Under the pieces are notes generated by a model. It was not told the DNA's origin. It saw only the letters and a program-made list of their open reading frames with translations, and made no database searches. DNA of 63,373 bases, counting the filler, from Collodictyon triciliatum (lineage: Eukaryota): the NCBI GenBank assembly GCA_043381765.1. It is 5 parts of 5 records of this genome, joined end to end, with 100 filler letters (N's around TTAATTAATTAA, not from the genome) between each part and the next. Parts side by side here need not be neighbours in the genome. Positions count along the whole stretch, not along the records: positions 25,231 to 43,799 come from JBHJMP010001056.1; 4 more parts are not named here. One strand, written 5' to 3'. Below are positions 26,437 to 42,114 of this stretch, in pieces. The translations under genes and the position numbers were made by a program. How positions within the stretch are numbered: the stretch's first letter is position 1; every line of letters starts with the position of its first letter.

Positions 26437-29348
26437 ATTTTCCTCCTGCTCTTCGCTCGGAATGATGCACCTGTCGCAGCTTTTCGCTTTTCGCTTTTCG
26501 CTTTTCGCTTTTCGCTTTTTGCTTTCCCGCCTGCGGATTCGAATCGAGCCGCAAAAGGGCGCTGCTTAACAGGTCGCGGTTGGCCGGGCGGGCGGGTCTA
26601 GTGCGGCGGTGCAATGGGGACAGCCGACCAGTGGGAAAGCAGCAGCTGCAGCAGCTGCAGCAGCGGACGCACGGCTGAGTCTGGAGAGGTGACGCTGCTT
26701 GCGAGGGAGATGCAGATGACTGAGGCGGAGGAGCGGTCAGCAAGTGGATGGGTCCGATTACAAAGATGCTCTCATCGGAGGGACTGGGTATCCTTTTTTT
26801 TGTTTTTTGTTTTTGTTTTTGTTTCTACCATTCGACTTTTTCTTCTTCTTTGTGTGTACAAACGGGCAGACCTAGGATGGAGCCGAGCAGTGGGGCAGGA
26901 AGTTGCTTCAGGAGAACCAGAGAAAGAGTGGATGCGAGCAGGAAGTCGCGTGTCTTGGAGGGGTCGTCCCATCTATACAGGCTGCCAGAGTAGGGACAAA
27001 ATTAAGGCGGTGAATGATTCGGGAGAGGGAAGTGAAAGACAGTAAATAATAATAATAATAATAATAATAATAATTGCGATTTGCACAAAATTGAAAGGAA
27101 GAATAAACAAATTACTGATAGATAGATAATGGCGTTGATATCGTAAAGATGAGCTGGTAAAGGATTCTCTCGTGCTCACCTCTTTAGTTTACCAGCGAAA
27201 CGGTTCATCGAGACTGACGTTTTTTGGACAAACATCAAAATGGCAAATATTGATGCGTTGCTCGGCTGCAAATCTCCAGGGCTCTCTGCTGAGCCACTAT
27301 GCTGCTTCATTTTGAAAGTTATATGAGTCATAGCCACATTAAAACTTCAGCATACACGCAACCAATAGCAATTTTTTTTTTCATCGACCTCCGTATCATT
27401 ATGATTGCCAACCTGAGAGGTTACAGCATAGATATCGCTATCTGCTGGTCTCAGGGATTCACCGTCTAGCTGCCTTAATGTTGCCTGGATTGGGTGCCAG
27501 AATACAAGCGCAATATTGGCCAGAAAAACGATGTAAAATCCATACGAGAAAGCATCCGTCAAAACAAGGAATAATGATATCTAAGTCGAAAATATATTGT
27601 TTTTTTTATGAAAGACAATGATACATCTGTTAGCTTTAATTTTTGAATCAGGGAATTGTGCAATATGCTTCGAATTTTATTGAAAGACCAAAAAAAAAAA
27701 AACTATGAAACCAACAACAAACACACAATAGTTTCCTTTTAATACAATACAATACAATAATAAAAATAAATAAAAATACCAAAATAGCTAGTATCGATGT
27801 CGAGAAGTTTTGCCAAGATACAATATCGAACGCTGAACAATACATGTCAATAAAGGGTGAAATGTAAGCGACTGTCCTATTCATTTCCTCCACAAGTTCG
27901 AGATAAGAAAACGGCTTGTATGATTCCTCGTTAATAGGAGACTCCCGTGACTTTGATATCATCGTAGGGTGTATCTTCGTGTACTTGATTGTATTAAAAT
28001 GATTTTGAGAAAGTTATAGTATAAAAAAGCCATTAAATTATTATTTTTTCTAAAAAAAAAAAAAAAAAAAAAGTCCAATAAGATGTTAGTTATATTCTGA
28101 AGTGTTTCGTTTTTTTAGTATATAACATAGTATATTGTCGTACAACTCTCAAGAGGCGCGTAAGCGAAGTATTAGCTATTCCCTCCAAAAGATATTTCCG
28201 GTATTGCGTTTGGTTTCCTGAATTCGTGGATAATGCAGGCTAATCACAGACACAGACACACGAAAAAAAGAAAGCGTCTTAATTTTCATCTCATATTCTA
28301 AAAGTCAGACGAATGACTAAAGGTAATTGTAAATCAGATAAAAATGAACGAACAAGAAATTTTCCAGTGGTTTCGTAGAGAGCTCTTGAAAGGCGGATGT
28401 TATGACAGATAAATCCTTTAAGAGCCTCTGTCACGACGTCTTTTTCCATTTGATGCACTTCAGAAAGGTCTTTAATGTATTCAAACCACCTGTCTCTTCC
28501 CTACGGCAGTATTTGCGACGTAAGAAAATCTTTCCATTAATCATGTGATACATAAATGTGCAAATAAGATTCATGGACTGTGCATGTAATATATCCATAG
28601 GCGGATATTAAAACACACTCGATGAAACGTGAATATGAGAGACGGAAGGTTTTCTCCTCCAGATATTTCAATCATATTTTCATTTCGAATGAAGCCCGTT
28701 TTCTTTTTATAGACCGATGAAACCAACCGCAGAGGAATCAGCTTTTGCTTCTGTAGAGCCTGTTTGATAGTTTTGTATGTAAAGCAAAATGAAATAAAAA
28801 TTTGTCTAGACGGGGGAATAACGAAAATTATCAATTGAATATTGCGTGAATAGGTGAAGGATTTAATAATAGATGCAAAAGACAATATTCTGAATTTGAA
28901 AGATAAAATTTCGTTCTTACAGGGCTCTCAAAGAAAATGTAATTTGGCGTGAGGTAAAGAGACCCCGAGGGGCCAATAGAGTCGTCAGTGTTGTATGTTA
29001 CATAAGAAGAGTGCTTCAACAGGACCTCTCCTTCGTCTAAATTATTTAAAAAATTTTTTTTAAAAAAAATGAAGAATGATAAACTTAAAATAAATAGTCA
29101 GATACTTTTTCAGGAATAAAATCACCTAATTTTAACTGTCCCCTCAATTCATTCCACCTAATATCAGGCTGGAATACCTTTTGGAATTTGTTTAGGAAAT
29201 CAGTAAATGTATTGACGGTTATGTATCCCCTTGCATCAATATCCAAATGCTCGAAGACCCTAGATATATACATCGAGACCAAATCAAACTTCTTGGTCAG
29301 TAAACCTCTCCAAAGGATTTGGCAAAAAAAAAAAAACACACACAGTAA

Positions 29349-29439
<91 letters not shown>

Positions 29440-29624
29440 ATNNNNNNNNNNNNNNNNNNNNNNNNNNNNNNNNNNNNNNNNNNNNNNGCCCGTGAGATTC
29501 GTTGTTGGGGGGATTCTTCCAAGATTCTGATGGCAATATTCAGCTTTGTAAACAGAAAGTAAGATTCCTCATTGTCTGCAATCCTTGATAGCACAAACTC
29601 TTCAAGATTCGTCCCACTATTTGA

Positions 29625-29721
<97 letters not shown>

Positions 29722-30261
29722 GCGGTTGTAAAATTATAGGTGGTTATTATATATCATTTTATCTTTATATATACAACCAGTTCAGAAGGTATACATGTTC
29801 AAACTGGAAGAAATATATATATATATCTAGTGACATGGAAAACATTTCGAAGCAAAAAAACAACGATACAGACGCATTTTCCACACTGCTTATGAGCTTT
29901 GTGTATTCCCCCTCCAAAGATTCTCGGTCAGAAAAATTAGCAGCCAAACGAAACAAGTCATCCAATAGCATCTGCAATAGAAGCGAAATGAGGAGGTATA
30001 TTTCCTTATTGATTCAAATATCAAATGTTTGAGTTAAATAGTTTGCTGAAATGAATTCAACAAAAGCAAGCAACATCTGCAGCGCAGTACGCAAATTTGC
30101 TCGTGTATACCCAGACGATTTGGTTATCGAATACAAAGTTGTACGAAGCATTCTCTCTCTTTTTTTTTCAGAACAAAAAGTAAAGAGTATTACCAGAGTG
30201 GATAAAAGGCAAAATACAAGATCATTCTGCCTGTGGGTGATCCACATACCTTTCCTTCCAT
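26311..30261 (-). CDS. EF-hand-like + GRAM/PH-like + MCTP/PRT_C-like membrane protein (multi-exon)
   Basis: Exons give FEHLDIDARGYITVNTF (EF-hand-like loop); GSLYLTPNYIFFES..LIPLRLVSSVYK..IEI..FTF..GRDRWFEYI (GRAM-like); and SWQNFSTSILAILVFLFIF, WDDPSKTRDFLLASTLFLVLL, LLSHWCIIPSEE (MCTP-type hairpin membrane region). Stop TAA at 26311-26313. Confidence 0.65.
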
Positions 30262-30920
30262 GGCCGGCAGGGTTTGTGTTAAGGCGAAAAACGGGCGGAG
30301 CGCTCTCTAAAAGACATGACAGCTGGTTTACTTGAGAGTAGCAAAAAGTATTGCTTGCAAGACTTTATGCAACAGGAATTTAGGACAAAAGACGAGAATT
30401 CTATGGCGAAAATAAAGTGGTGTATGTGAGGAGGGAGTTGACCAGTGGCCAGAGCGTGGGAAGTGACGAGTGCAAGGCGAGAGAAGAAAAAAGCTGAACG
30501 AAAGTTCTGAGGATAACAACCATGCAAGCGCTGAATGAGAATTCCACATATGTAATTTATTCGCTGAACTGGGTATTCATTACATTTGTGGCATGATAAA
30601 GCAGATTCTGTTGCCCGCCATCCAACACCGCAGCCAAGTGGCGTTTTTTTTTTTTGACTCCAGCCAGATCAACACACAAAAAAAAGCCCCTCTTCAAGCC
30701 GCCCTTCACCAACCTTCTTCTTTTTTTTCCTTTATTCGACTCAAAGTTTCACCAACCTTCTTAAACACTTCGCACACAACCTCACAACTAGGATCACAAG
30801 CCAAGTAGGGACGAGGTTGCATTTAGAAGAATAAATCACAGTCTGGGAAAGAAAGAAAGAAAGAAAGAAAAAACAACTCCCCACCGTCACTAAAGGAAAA
30901 GAAAGTAGAAACACCCCAAG

Positions 30921-34377
<3,457 letters not shown>

Positions 34378-34494
34378 GCCACACAAAAATGCTTTCTCTG
34401 TAAAGAGCGTGCCATCGAGAATAAAGATCGACTCTCTTAAGCCTAGGCTTTAGTGTTTGAAAATATTAAGAGGAAAATATTCCTATGTGCTGCT

Positions 34495-35220
34495 ATTTTT
34501 GTTCTCCCTTACAATTTATGCAGGATGGTGAAGATGTTGGCTTTGGTTCGCTAGCCATTTTTTGCATGGACGCTACTTGGTGACTTGGTGGCGGAGAAGT
34601 AGTCGGTAATCAGGAATTGCATCCTGCGCTTTGGCCTGTAGCCTGGGTCTTGTGCTTGCATGAGAGATACAAGGCAAGGTTTGAATATCTTTCTCAGCCT
34701 CTTTACACACGTCTCTTCTCACAGGGTCGGAGTAGTAGAGAACGTGCAGGTGGCGAAGGAAGCTGATGAGGAAAGAGATTTGTATGATGTTATCCAGCCT
34801 ATTATCAGGAATTGATGGCTGGTTATTGAGTCTTGCTTTGCGTGAGTATATGCGCGCTATCCGCATAGTCCATAGCAAATGGCCTCGCGTCACTGCCCAG
34901 AGTGTTTTTACATCTGGACGCAGCTGTTGCAGAGGCCCGAAATCACCTGGATTGGGCCAACAGCTGCAGCCGTCTCGAGTGTCAGTCGAAGATTCTTGCC
35001 GGCTGTTTTGCGCAGGTTTTGAGTGAAGGGACATTGCACAAATGTGTGCTCAATGGATTCACCACCGTTGCTGCAAAGTGTGCATTGTTGGGAGACTTTG
35101 CCAGAATTTGCCGCGCGTGTGCCTATCCATAGCTCCCTATTGGTGATATTAGGCATCAGAGAGCGGTGATTTGGAAGGACTTGCGGGGTTCGTGCTTGTC
35201 TCCAGCTCGCGGTGAGCGGG
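34495..35220 (-). mobile_element. 5'-truncated, frameshifted non-LTR retrotransposon (L1/Tx1-like) 3' fragment
   Basis: CTLCSNGGESIEHTFVQCP zinc knuckle typical of the L1/Tx1 ORF2 C-terminus, a frameshift between ORFs 35156-34908 and 35034-34573, and a 3' end shared with copies at 35.75 kb and 42.0 kb. Confidence 0.8.
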
Positions 35221-35749
35221 GTGTAAGAGATGAATTATTAAACCATTCATGTGTGTGTGCGTTTTTTTTTAAACACTCTAAATGTAAACAAGATTCGACG
35301 AGATATCACACAGGTTGGAGTTACGAATTGGAGGTGTCGATTTAACTGCATCTACCGTTTATATGATTCGCCCACCTCCACACTCAACCCATTTCATTTG
35401 CATCGACACGTCGTACCGTGCAGTTTCGCCTAGAATTCTCTGTCTTGTATGTGAATGAATCATGTGTATTTCTCTGCCCATAATATATGTGCAATCTCAT
35501 GATTTATTTGCTATATTTTTTTTATGGCATGTGTTAGATATGGTCGTATTTTATTCACTTTCTCTTAAAATGGATATCACTGACCATGAAGTGGTGGACG
35601 GACATGTTCATGCAGCCGAAAGGGTTTTGGCAAATCGGGATGTGGAAACTCATCGCCTTCGACAAAATCATTAACTAATATGACCTGCAAGTAATTTTGG
35701 ATTCATTTTAATTAAATGCAATACATTTTTGAATCTCTCAGGTTTTATA

Positions 35750-35803
35750 ATTTTTTCATTCTTCCTTACAATTTTGCGCAAGATGATGAGGATGTTGGCT
35801 TTG
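35750..35803 (-). mobile_element. very short 3'-terminal remnant of the same LINE family
   Basis: ttcttccttacaattttgcgcaagatgatgaggatgttggctttg matches 34502-34545 and 41998-42042. Confidence 0.6.
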
Positions 35804-38173
35804 AAGAGCCTTGTGCGACACAATGTTAATTGATGGCTTGGTGAAATGCTACTTATGATTACATATGTAATAATTTGTTGTGTTGTAATGGATTGGATTC
35901 ATAAAACCTTTCCTTTTTCCTTTTTCCTTAATTATATATTTGAGTGTTGCGTAAGCGGCATTATGATGCCATAAAAGACCAGTACATTTACCATTTTGTT
36001 GATAGAGGATATCAGCTATATGAGTAAATGAGTAAAGGCTTTGCTACACCAAATGAATTGTCTTCACATCGTGTCGGTACTTGCCTGAAAGGGAATCTTT
36101 TCATTCCCGAGGAGACTGTAACCCAAGATTCAAGCGTATGTGAGATTCATTCATCAGTACCCAAATGATTGCTTCGTGCGTGTCTGCACACGAGTCCTTC
36201 TAATGCCATGAGACCAAACAAAGATAAAAAAAATGTATATGCAACCTGCAGACAGGCACGAACGGTCTGTAAATCTTCATAATTAAAAAAAACGCAGCAT
36301 CTTTGTCAAATATACCAATTTTTGGGCTCATAAATCCCCCGAAGAAGCTACTAATTCAAATAAATCATTTCCTCGTCATCGATTTAATCATGCAGGCTAT
36401 CCTTGTCGAGTTGAGAGGGGTAGGCGGGCGTTGAGCGCAGCTTTGTGGAGTTAATTGGATGACTCCGGTGCTCTTCGCAACGAATATCTTTATCGCCTTG
36501 CGATGGCCAGGGATTGTGACGCTCCACAGTTAGAACACGTCCTTGCTGGGAACTGGGCCACTAAAGGGAGTCACTACACAAACTGGTGCGATATTTTCTG
36601 ATGGTCATACGCGGTGCCGTATCCCGACTCGGCGGGGAGCAGCTGCGTGGCTTCGGCATGGCTCCTGGCAGTAGTGTCTGCTGCGGGAGACAACGCACCC
36701 AACAGGCATGTCTCATATGCAAACTACGACATCTCATTTCTTGTTTTTTCTGTACACTTTCAACTAGTGGTTTGAAAATTTTGGTTATAACGCCAAAATA
36801 TACGCAATGTAAAAGATATAACCCAATCAATTTTTTTGTTCTTTAATATTCTACATCTTTTACAATTAAACTTCGTATCAAATTTTCGAATACATCATGC
36901 ATAATGTTTGCCCATCTTTGATTTTATTTATTTTAATCCAATCTACGATATATTTGTCAACCAGGTCAGTCAGCAAATCAAATACAATCACATCGAATCT
37001 ATGCATCAAAACTAATCTGACCTGAATCCATTTTTTCCACCCCCACGCAGGCACTACTTCCAGGCATCCCAATATGGACTCGCGGGTAAGCTGCTCCTCA
37101 TAAAAGCAAAGCATTTCTGCATAAAGACTTGGGATAGAACTGTTTGTAAACCTCGATGATGCTAATCCTGTGCGACCAAGGTTCTCCGTTTATTCAAGCT
37201 TCGCACCTTTCTTTTCCGTTCATTCTTAGACGGACAGCTTCGGCAGCTGCTCGCCTTGTGTGCCCGACCATTTTTATTTTATTTTATTTTGGCAGCAGCC
37301 TTTCAGCCAGCCACCAAGCAGTCCCGAGTCGAGGCAATCAGCAAATGGCGTCTGCAACCCACAACACCCCGCACAAGCGACACAATGTTGACTCACGGGC
37401 AAGGGCGCTCCATTATGTGAAGATACAAACAAATGCGCTTGACACACAAGAACACATGGAAGAATAGGAATTCAAAGCGACCAGTATGAAAGGTTCATTC
37501 GAAAAACGACACGTGCTGTAGTCTGACCACCAAAAGAAAGAAACTATGTGTAAAATGAATGTGGATTCAAAAGCAAGCTTTACCATCGAGCAAGGAAAGT
37601 AACTGTATACCGTACTGTTCTCACTATAAAAATATATATTGTGGAATTCACAGAATTTATTATTAAAATGACGCATGTCGGACATTAAACGTTTAATGAC
37701 ACCACATTCTGTAGCAATAATACAGATTGTGCAGCAAACAGACCGTTCATAGCTGCAGCTCATATGGAATTTCCTTAAACATAGCTGATCATCACCAAAC
37801 CCACACAACACAAAAGAATGACACACAGCCAAATCCTCGGAGCTAAAAGTGTTGGTGTGTTCGTATCTCCGTTTGTGATCGGTGGCTATGTTGGCCGCTG
37901 CGAAGTCACGATCCTCTTTCTCCAGCCAGAAACGCTGCTGCCTTGCGCTCTTACTTTCTACTACCAAAGCAGATCACTCATTCACGCTGCGCATTCTGTT
38001 CTCTGTGCACACAACCGCACCGCCCTCACTCGATCAACGCCTTTCCTGTGTGACCTGTCAAGTGCAGCCACAAAGCAAATAAACACTGCGCAACGCACTG
38101 ACATAAAACCGGCCCCTTTGTCCACACAGCCTCAGAACCCGTCCAAACTACTTACCGTCCCACTTCTGTCGCG

Positions 38174-40089
38174 ATGGCCGACGAGGCTGCGCTTTTGGAA
38201 GAGCTCCGAGAAATCACCGGACATGTCGACATCGCCTCTTTAAAAAACTCTGAGAGTCTAGACCTCGCTGGAAAAGGCCTGAAATCCGTTCCGCGTGGCG
38301 TTTCTTTGTTGGATCGATTGAAAAGGCTGGAACTTGGAGGAAATGAGTTGACCTCTGTACCTCGTGACGTTTTCTTGTTGGACCAATTGAAAAGATTGGA
38401 AGTCTCTATCAACAAGCTGTCTTCACTGCCTCCAGAAATATCGTGTTTGACTGGCCTCGAGTATTTTGATGTTGGTGATAATCAGCTGTCATCACTGCCT
38501 CTTGAAATATCATGTTTAACTGGTCTCAGAAAGTTGGGTGTTGATGGCAATCAGCTGCCATCACTGTCTCCAGGAATATCGTGTTTGACTGGTCTCATCG
38601 GGCTTTATGTTAGTGACAACCCGGTACATCTTGATCCATATGTTATTATATGTATATTTATTTGCTTTGACAAGAGAACGTGACTGAAAACATTACATGC
38701 AGATGGAGGAGCTCCCACCACAAATCACAGCACTCACAAATATGAAGAGGCTCTTGATTGTCAGCGACGCTGGTGTTATCAACATAAAGAGAGCACCACG
38801 GGGACTTTCAAACCTTCCAGTGTGGAACAACACAAAGAAACATGCGTCAGATGCGACACTGAGCTTTGCTGATGCCCTCCGAAAGCTGAAGCTCTACGAC
38901 CCCGTAAGCTACAGAACCATCCATCATTCAAGAACCTTTCACATACCATTTCCTGATATAATCTGCATCAATGCAGGTCTCGACCAACCCCATTATTCTG
39001 CCACGAGTCCACGAGGCAAATTCTGACAGCGCCCCGGTTGTTGGAGACTACGCAGACGTGATGGGAGTCGACCTCGCCAGGCAGGAGGTTCTCGGAGAAG
39101 GCGGCTTCGGGATGGCGTACAAGGTGCAGCTGCTCAAGGGCACAGTCGCTATCAAGGTGCTCAATAAGAAGGCGCAGCCAGGGACGGCCGAGTACGAGGA
39201 CCTGACGCGCGAGGCGAGGATGATGGTGGGGCTCTCTCACGCAAACATCATCGGCCTCTACGCCTACGGCTGCAAGAGTCAGACGGTCTTCTACGTCATG
39301 GAGTATGCCGATGGCCGCAGCATATGGAACGTCATCGAGGCCGCGGGCAAGGCACTGCCCTTCGCAGACTACATCCAGTACTCGGTCCATATCAATGCCG
39401 GCCTCAAGTACCTGCACACACGCACCCCGCCCGTGGAGCACCGCGACCTCAAGCCCGAGAACGTCCTCCTCTGTCGTGGCGTTGCAAAGATTTGCGACTT
39501 CGGCATCTCCTCGGCTCGCGAAACCATCTCCCGCACAACCGGCTTCAAAGGCACGCTCCACTACGCCGCTCCGGAGTACTTTGACAGGGACAAGGGCTAC
39601 GGACCTCTGAGCGACATGTATACCTTCGGCCTCGTTGTCTGGGCCATGGCTGAGGGCAAGCGCCCGTACAACAGTCTCAACATGGGCCAGATAATGAATG
39701 AGAAGCTGCAGCAGAGGCTTCCACTGGTTCCTCCCGCCATGTCTGCCAAGCTGGCCGCTATGCTGAACCAGTGCTGGTCTTTCGAGCCGCGTGGCCGCCC
39801 CTCTGCGACCGACCTGGAGTCCAGGCTGGCCGACATCAAGGCAAATCCAGGCCCTGCCATCGGCGAAAAGGGGAAATCTGTCAAGGATATGACTAACCCA
39901 GAACTCGTTGCCTATCTCAAGGGCAAGAACGTGTTGCCAGACTTTGTGTCTGCGGTTGTAGACCATGAGGCGAGTGGTGAGGACTTTATGCTTTTGAGCG
40001 AGAAAGACCTCACCTCTACCCCGTTCAACATGACCAAGTTCCAGGCAAGGGTTATTTTGAAGCTCATTGACGAAGCAAGGGCTTCTTAA
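38174..40089 (+). CDS. LRR + TKL-like Ser/Thr kinase + SAM-like domain protein (3 exons, ~587 aa)
   Basis: Exons 38174-38623, 38703-38903 and 38977-40089, all phase 0 with GT-AG. 23-aa LRRs; kinase motifs GEGGFG, VAIK, HRDLKPEN, DFG, APE; C-terminal VKDMTNPELVAYL...HEASGEDFMLLSEKDL resembles a SAM domain. Confidence 0.88.
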
Positions 40090-40340
40090 ACGTAATCCCT
40101 CCGTCATCCCCACTCCCTTCTCTCGCTCTCTCCCGGTTCTTGATGCTGACGCGCACCAAGCCATGGAGTCTTTTCCCTACTATCTCGCACCTCCGCATTG
40201 CGTCTCCACAACGGGGTAAAGAATGCAAAAAGAAAAAAACAAAGAGAGGGGTTTCGATCTTTCGATTGATTTACTCCTAGCGGGAAATATGTCGCCTCAG
40301 ATGTAGACGGCTGTTAAAAAACCTGTCAATTTTTTAGTGG

Positions 40341-41250
40341 TTACGCGGCGGTTACAAAGCTTCTCAAATGTGTAGACTCCATTTTCACAATAGCGGAATA
40401 TATAGCACCGTATATAAGCTCTCTTCGATCTAGTGCAATCCAGGCAAACATCGATTCAGCCGGTGGCTGTGAATGGCAGGCGAGGTATATAGACTGGAGG
40501 GCATACAATGACTCCAAGTCGATAGAAGACATACAAAACAAGCTCAAAACTCACTTCAACACCCCAGGTGATGCGCCCATCGAGGCGGAATGGCCAATAC
40601 TCAAAAAGCAATTCTCTATTCTTCTTATCCAAAAATCGAGTTGGTTCAAAAATAAGGATGGGGAGGAGCGGAAGAAGCTTGAAAGGGAAAAAGAGGCTCT
40701 CATGAAAGCAGCCGGTAGACCATCGGGGTGGAAACGCACCCAAAAAGAAAAACTGGCGAGCTTGGAGGATAAACTTGCCGAGCAGCTAACATCAGATATT
40801 CACAAATACCGCGAAAAATGGGAAGCGAGATACTTGCGAGACTTTGAGCAGATGGAGAAATGGTTCTTTGGACTAGGAAAGGAAAAAGAAAAGACCTTGT
40901 ATCCGTCCTGCACACCATCTGAGGACATGCAGCATTTATTACCTCGCAACAACAAAAAGAACACCCACGACTTCTTCTCAAAGATGTGGTCAAGACGAGA
41001 CTATGATGCTGCTACTCTCGAGCTTATCACCACAAATTGCTCCAAGGCTTCACCCTCGCAAGCAGCCAGCATGATAGCACCAATAGATGCAGGCGAATTG
41101 TGGAAAGCGGTCAAGTCGCTACACAACGGAAAGGCGCCAGGACCAGATAGGCTGCCCAACGGAATATACTCTACTTTCTTTAATGAGGTCAAGACATCTT
41201 TAGTGGCTTTTCTGAATGGAATCATGTCTGATGGCGACCTACTGCAAGGA
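40341..41250 (+). mobile_element. non-LTR retrotransposon ORF2 internal fragment (linker + start of RT), disrupted
   Basis: PIDAGELWKAVKSLHNGKAPGPDRLPNGIY..F is the conserved K(A/S)PGPDG region just before the LINE RT core. The frame breaks and the sequence turns into AT-rich DNA before the RT catalytic motifs. Confidence 0.8.
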
Positions 41251-41974
41251 TTTACATTTAATTTATTTTTAATGGGATTTTAAACGCTCGATGTAAAACA
41301 TGAGTATCAATTCTAGTCAGTTTATACATCCACAAGTGCAACATGTGAAATCAATAATTATAATGATTAAACCGCCTACAAATAGTCTTAACCATGATTT
41401 TATGTCCATTTATTCAAGACTTTGCCATGATTGTATGGCATCATTATGCACAATGCGGCTCTGAGTACACATATCGAAATAATAGTGCAGAAAACGATAT
41501 ATATTTCCGAATAATAAAAAATTGATATGATGCACAACATAATTTTTACTCTTCCATACAGATGTGTGAGATAGGGTGTTTTGGGTTTTGTTTTGTAGCC
41601 GATACACAATGCGAAATACAACACAGAAGGAGGTTTAATTGGTGATAGAATGACAAGATATATAATTGAATTTCTTCTCTTCTATTTTATGCTGTGCTGT
41701 TCTGTATGTAAAGAATGTGAATAAAAATAAATTAAACTATAAATATATTTGTTTTTGTGACAGTAGACTATTTGTGATTATATACTTAATAAATATTTGT
41801 TGGACTGTCATTATGTAACTTGAGATGAGGGTGTTTTTCAGCTCTTTTATTCTTTCAATAAACTGATGTGATGAAAAAAATTTATTCTAACCGCCAGAAT
41901 AAAAAGCGTTGTCCTCAACTGGACACAATTTCACAGCCGACGTTGATAAATAATCAAAGAATTCATATTTAAGT

Positions 41975-42114
41975 TTGTTAATTGCGCAGATTTTTTATTC
42001 TTCCTTTCAATTTTGCGCAGGATGGTGAAGATGTTGGATTTGGTTCGCTAGCGATTGTTTGCATGGACGCTACTTGGTGGCCGGGTGGCGTAGAGATTGT
42101 TAATTGCGAAGATT
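41975..42114 (-). mobile_element. ~105-bp 5'-truncated LINE 3' end with A-rich tail and target-site duplication
   Basis: Insert matches 34500-34592. It is flanked by TTGTTAATTGCGCAGATT (41975-41992) and TTGTTAATTGCGAAGATT (42097-42114), 17/18 identical. Confidence 0.75.

Noticed and set aside
36400-36730. GC-richer segment as LINE ORF1/RT remnant (CSNCG.. and AYD..SHQF-like peptides on the minus strand)
   Set aside because: Matches are short and interrupted by stops, so they cannot be supported by eye.
38968-40164. 398-aa minus-strand ORF
   Set aside because: Antisense shadow of the GC-rich kinase exon, with no motifs of its own.
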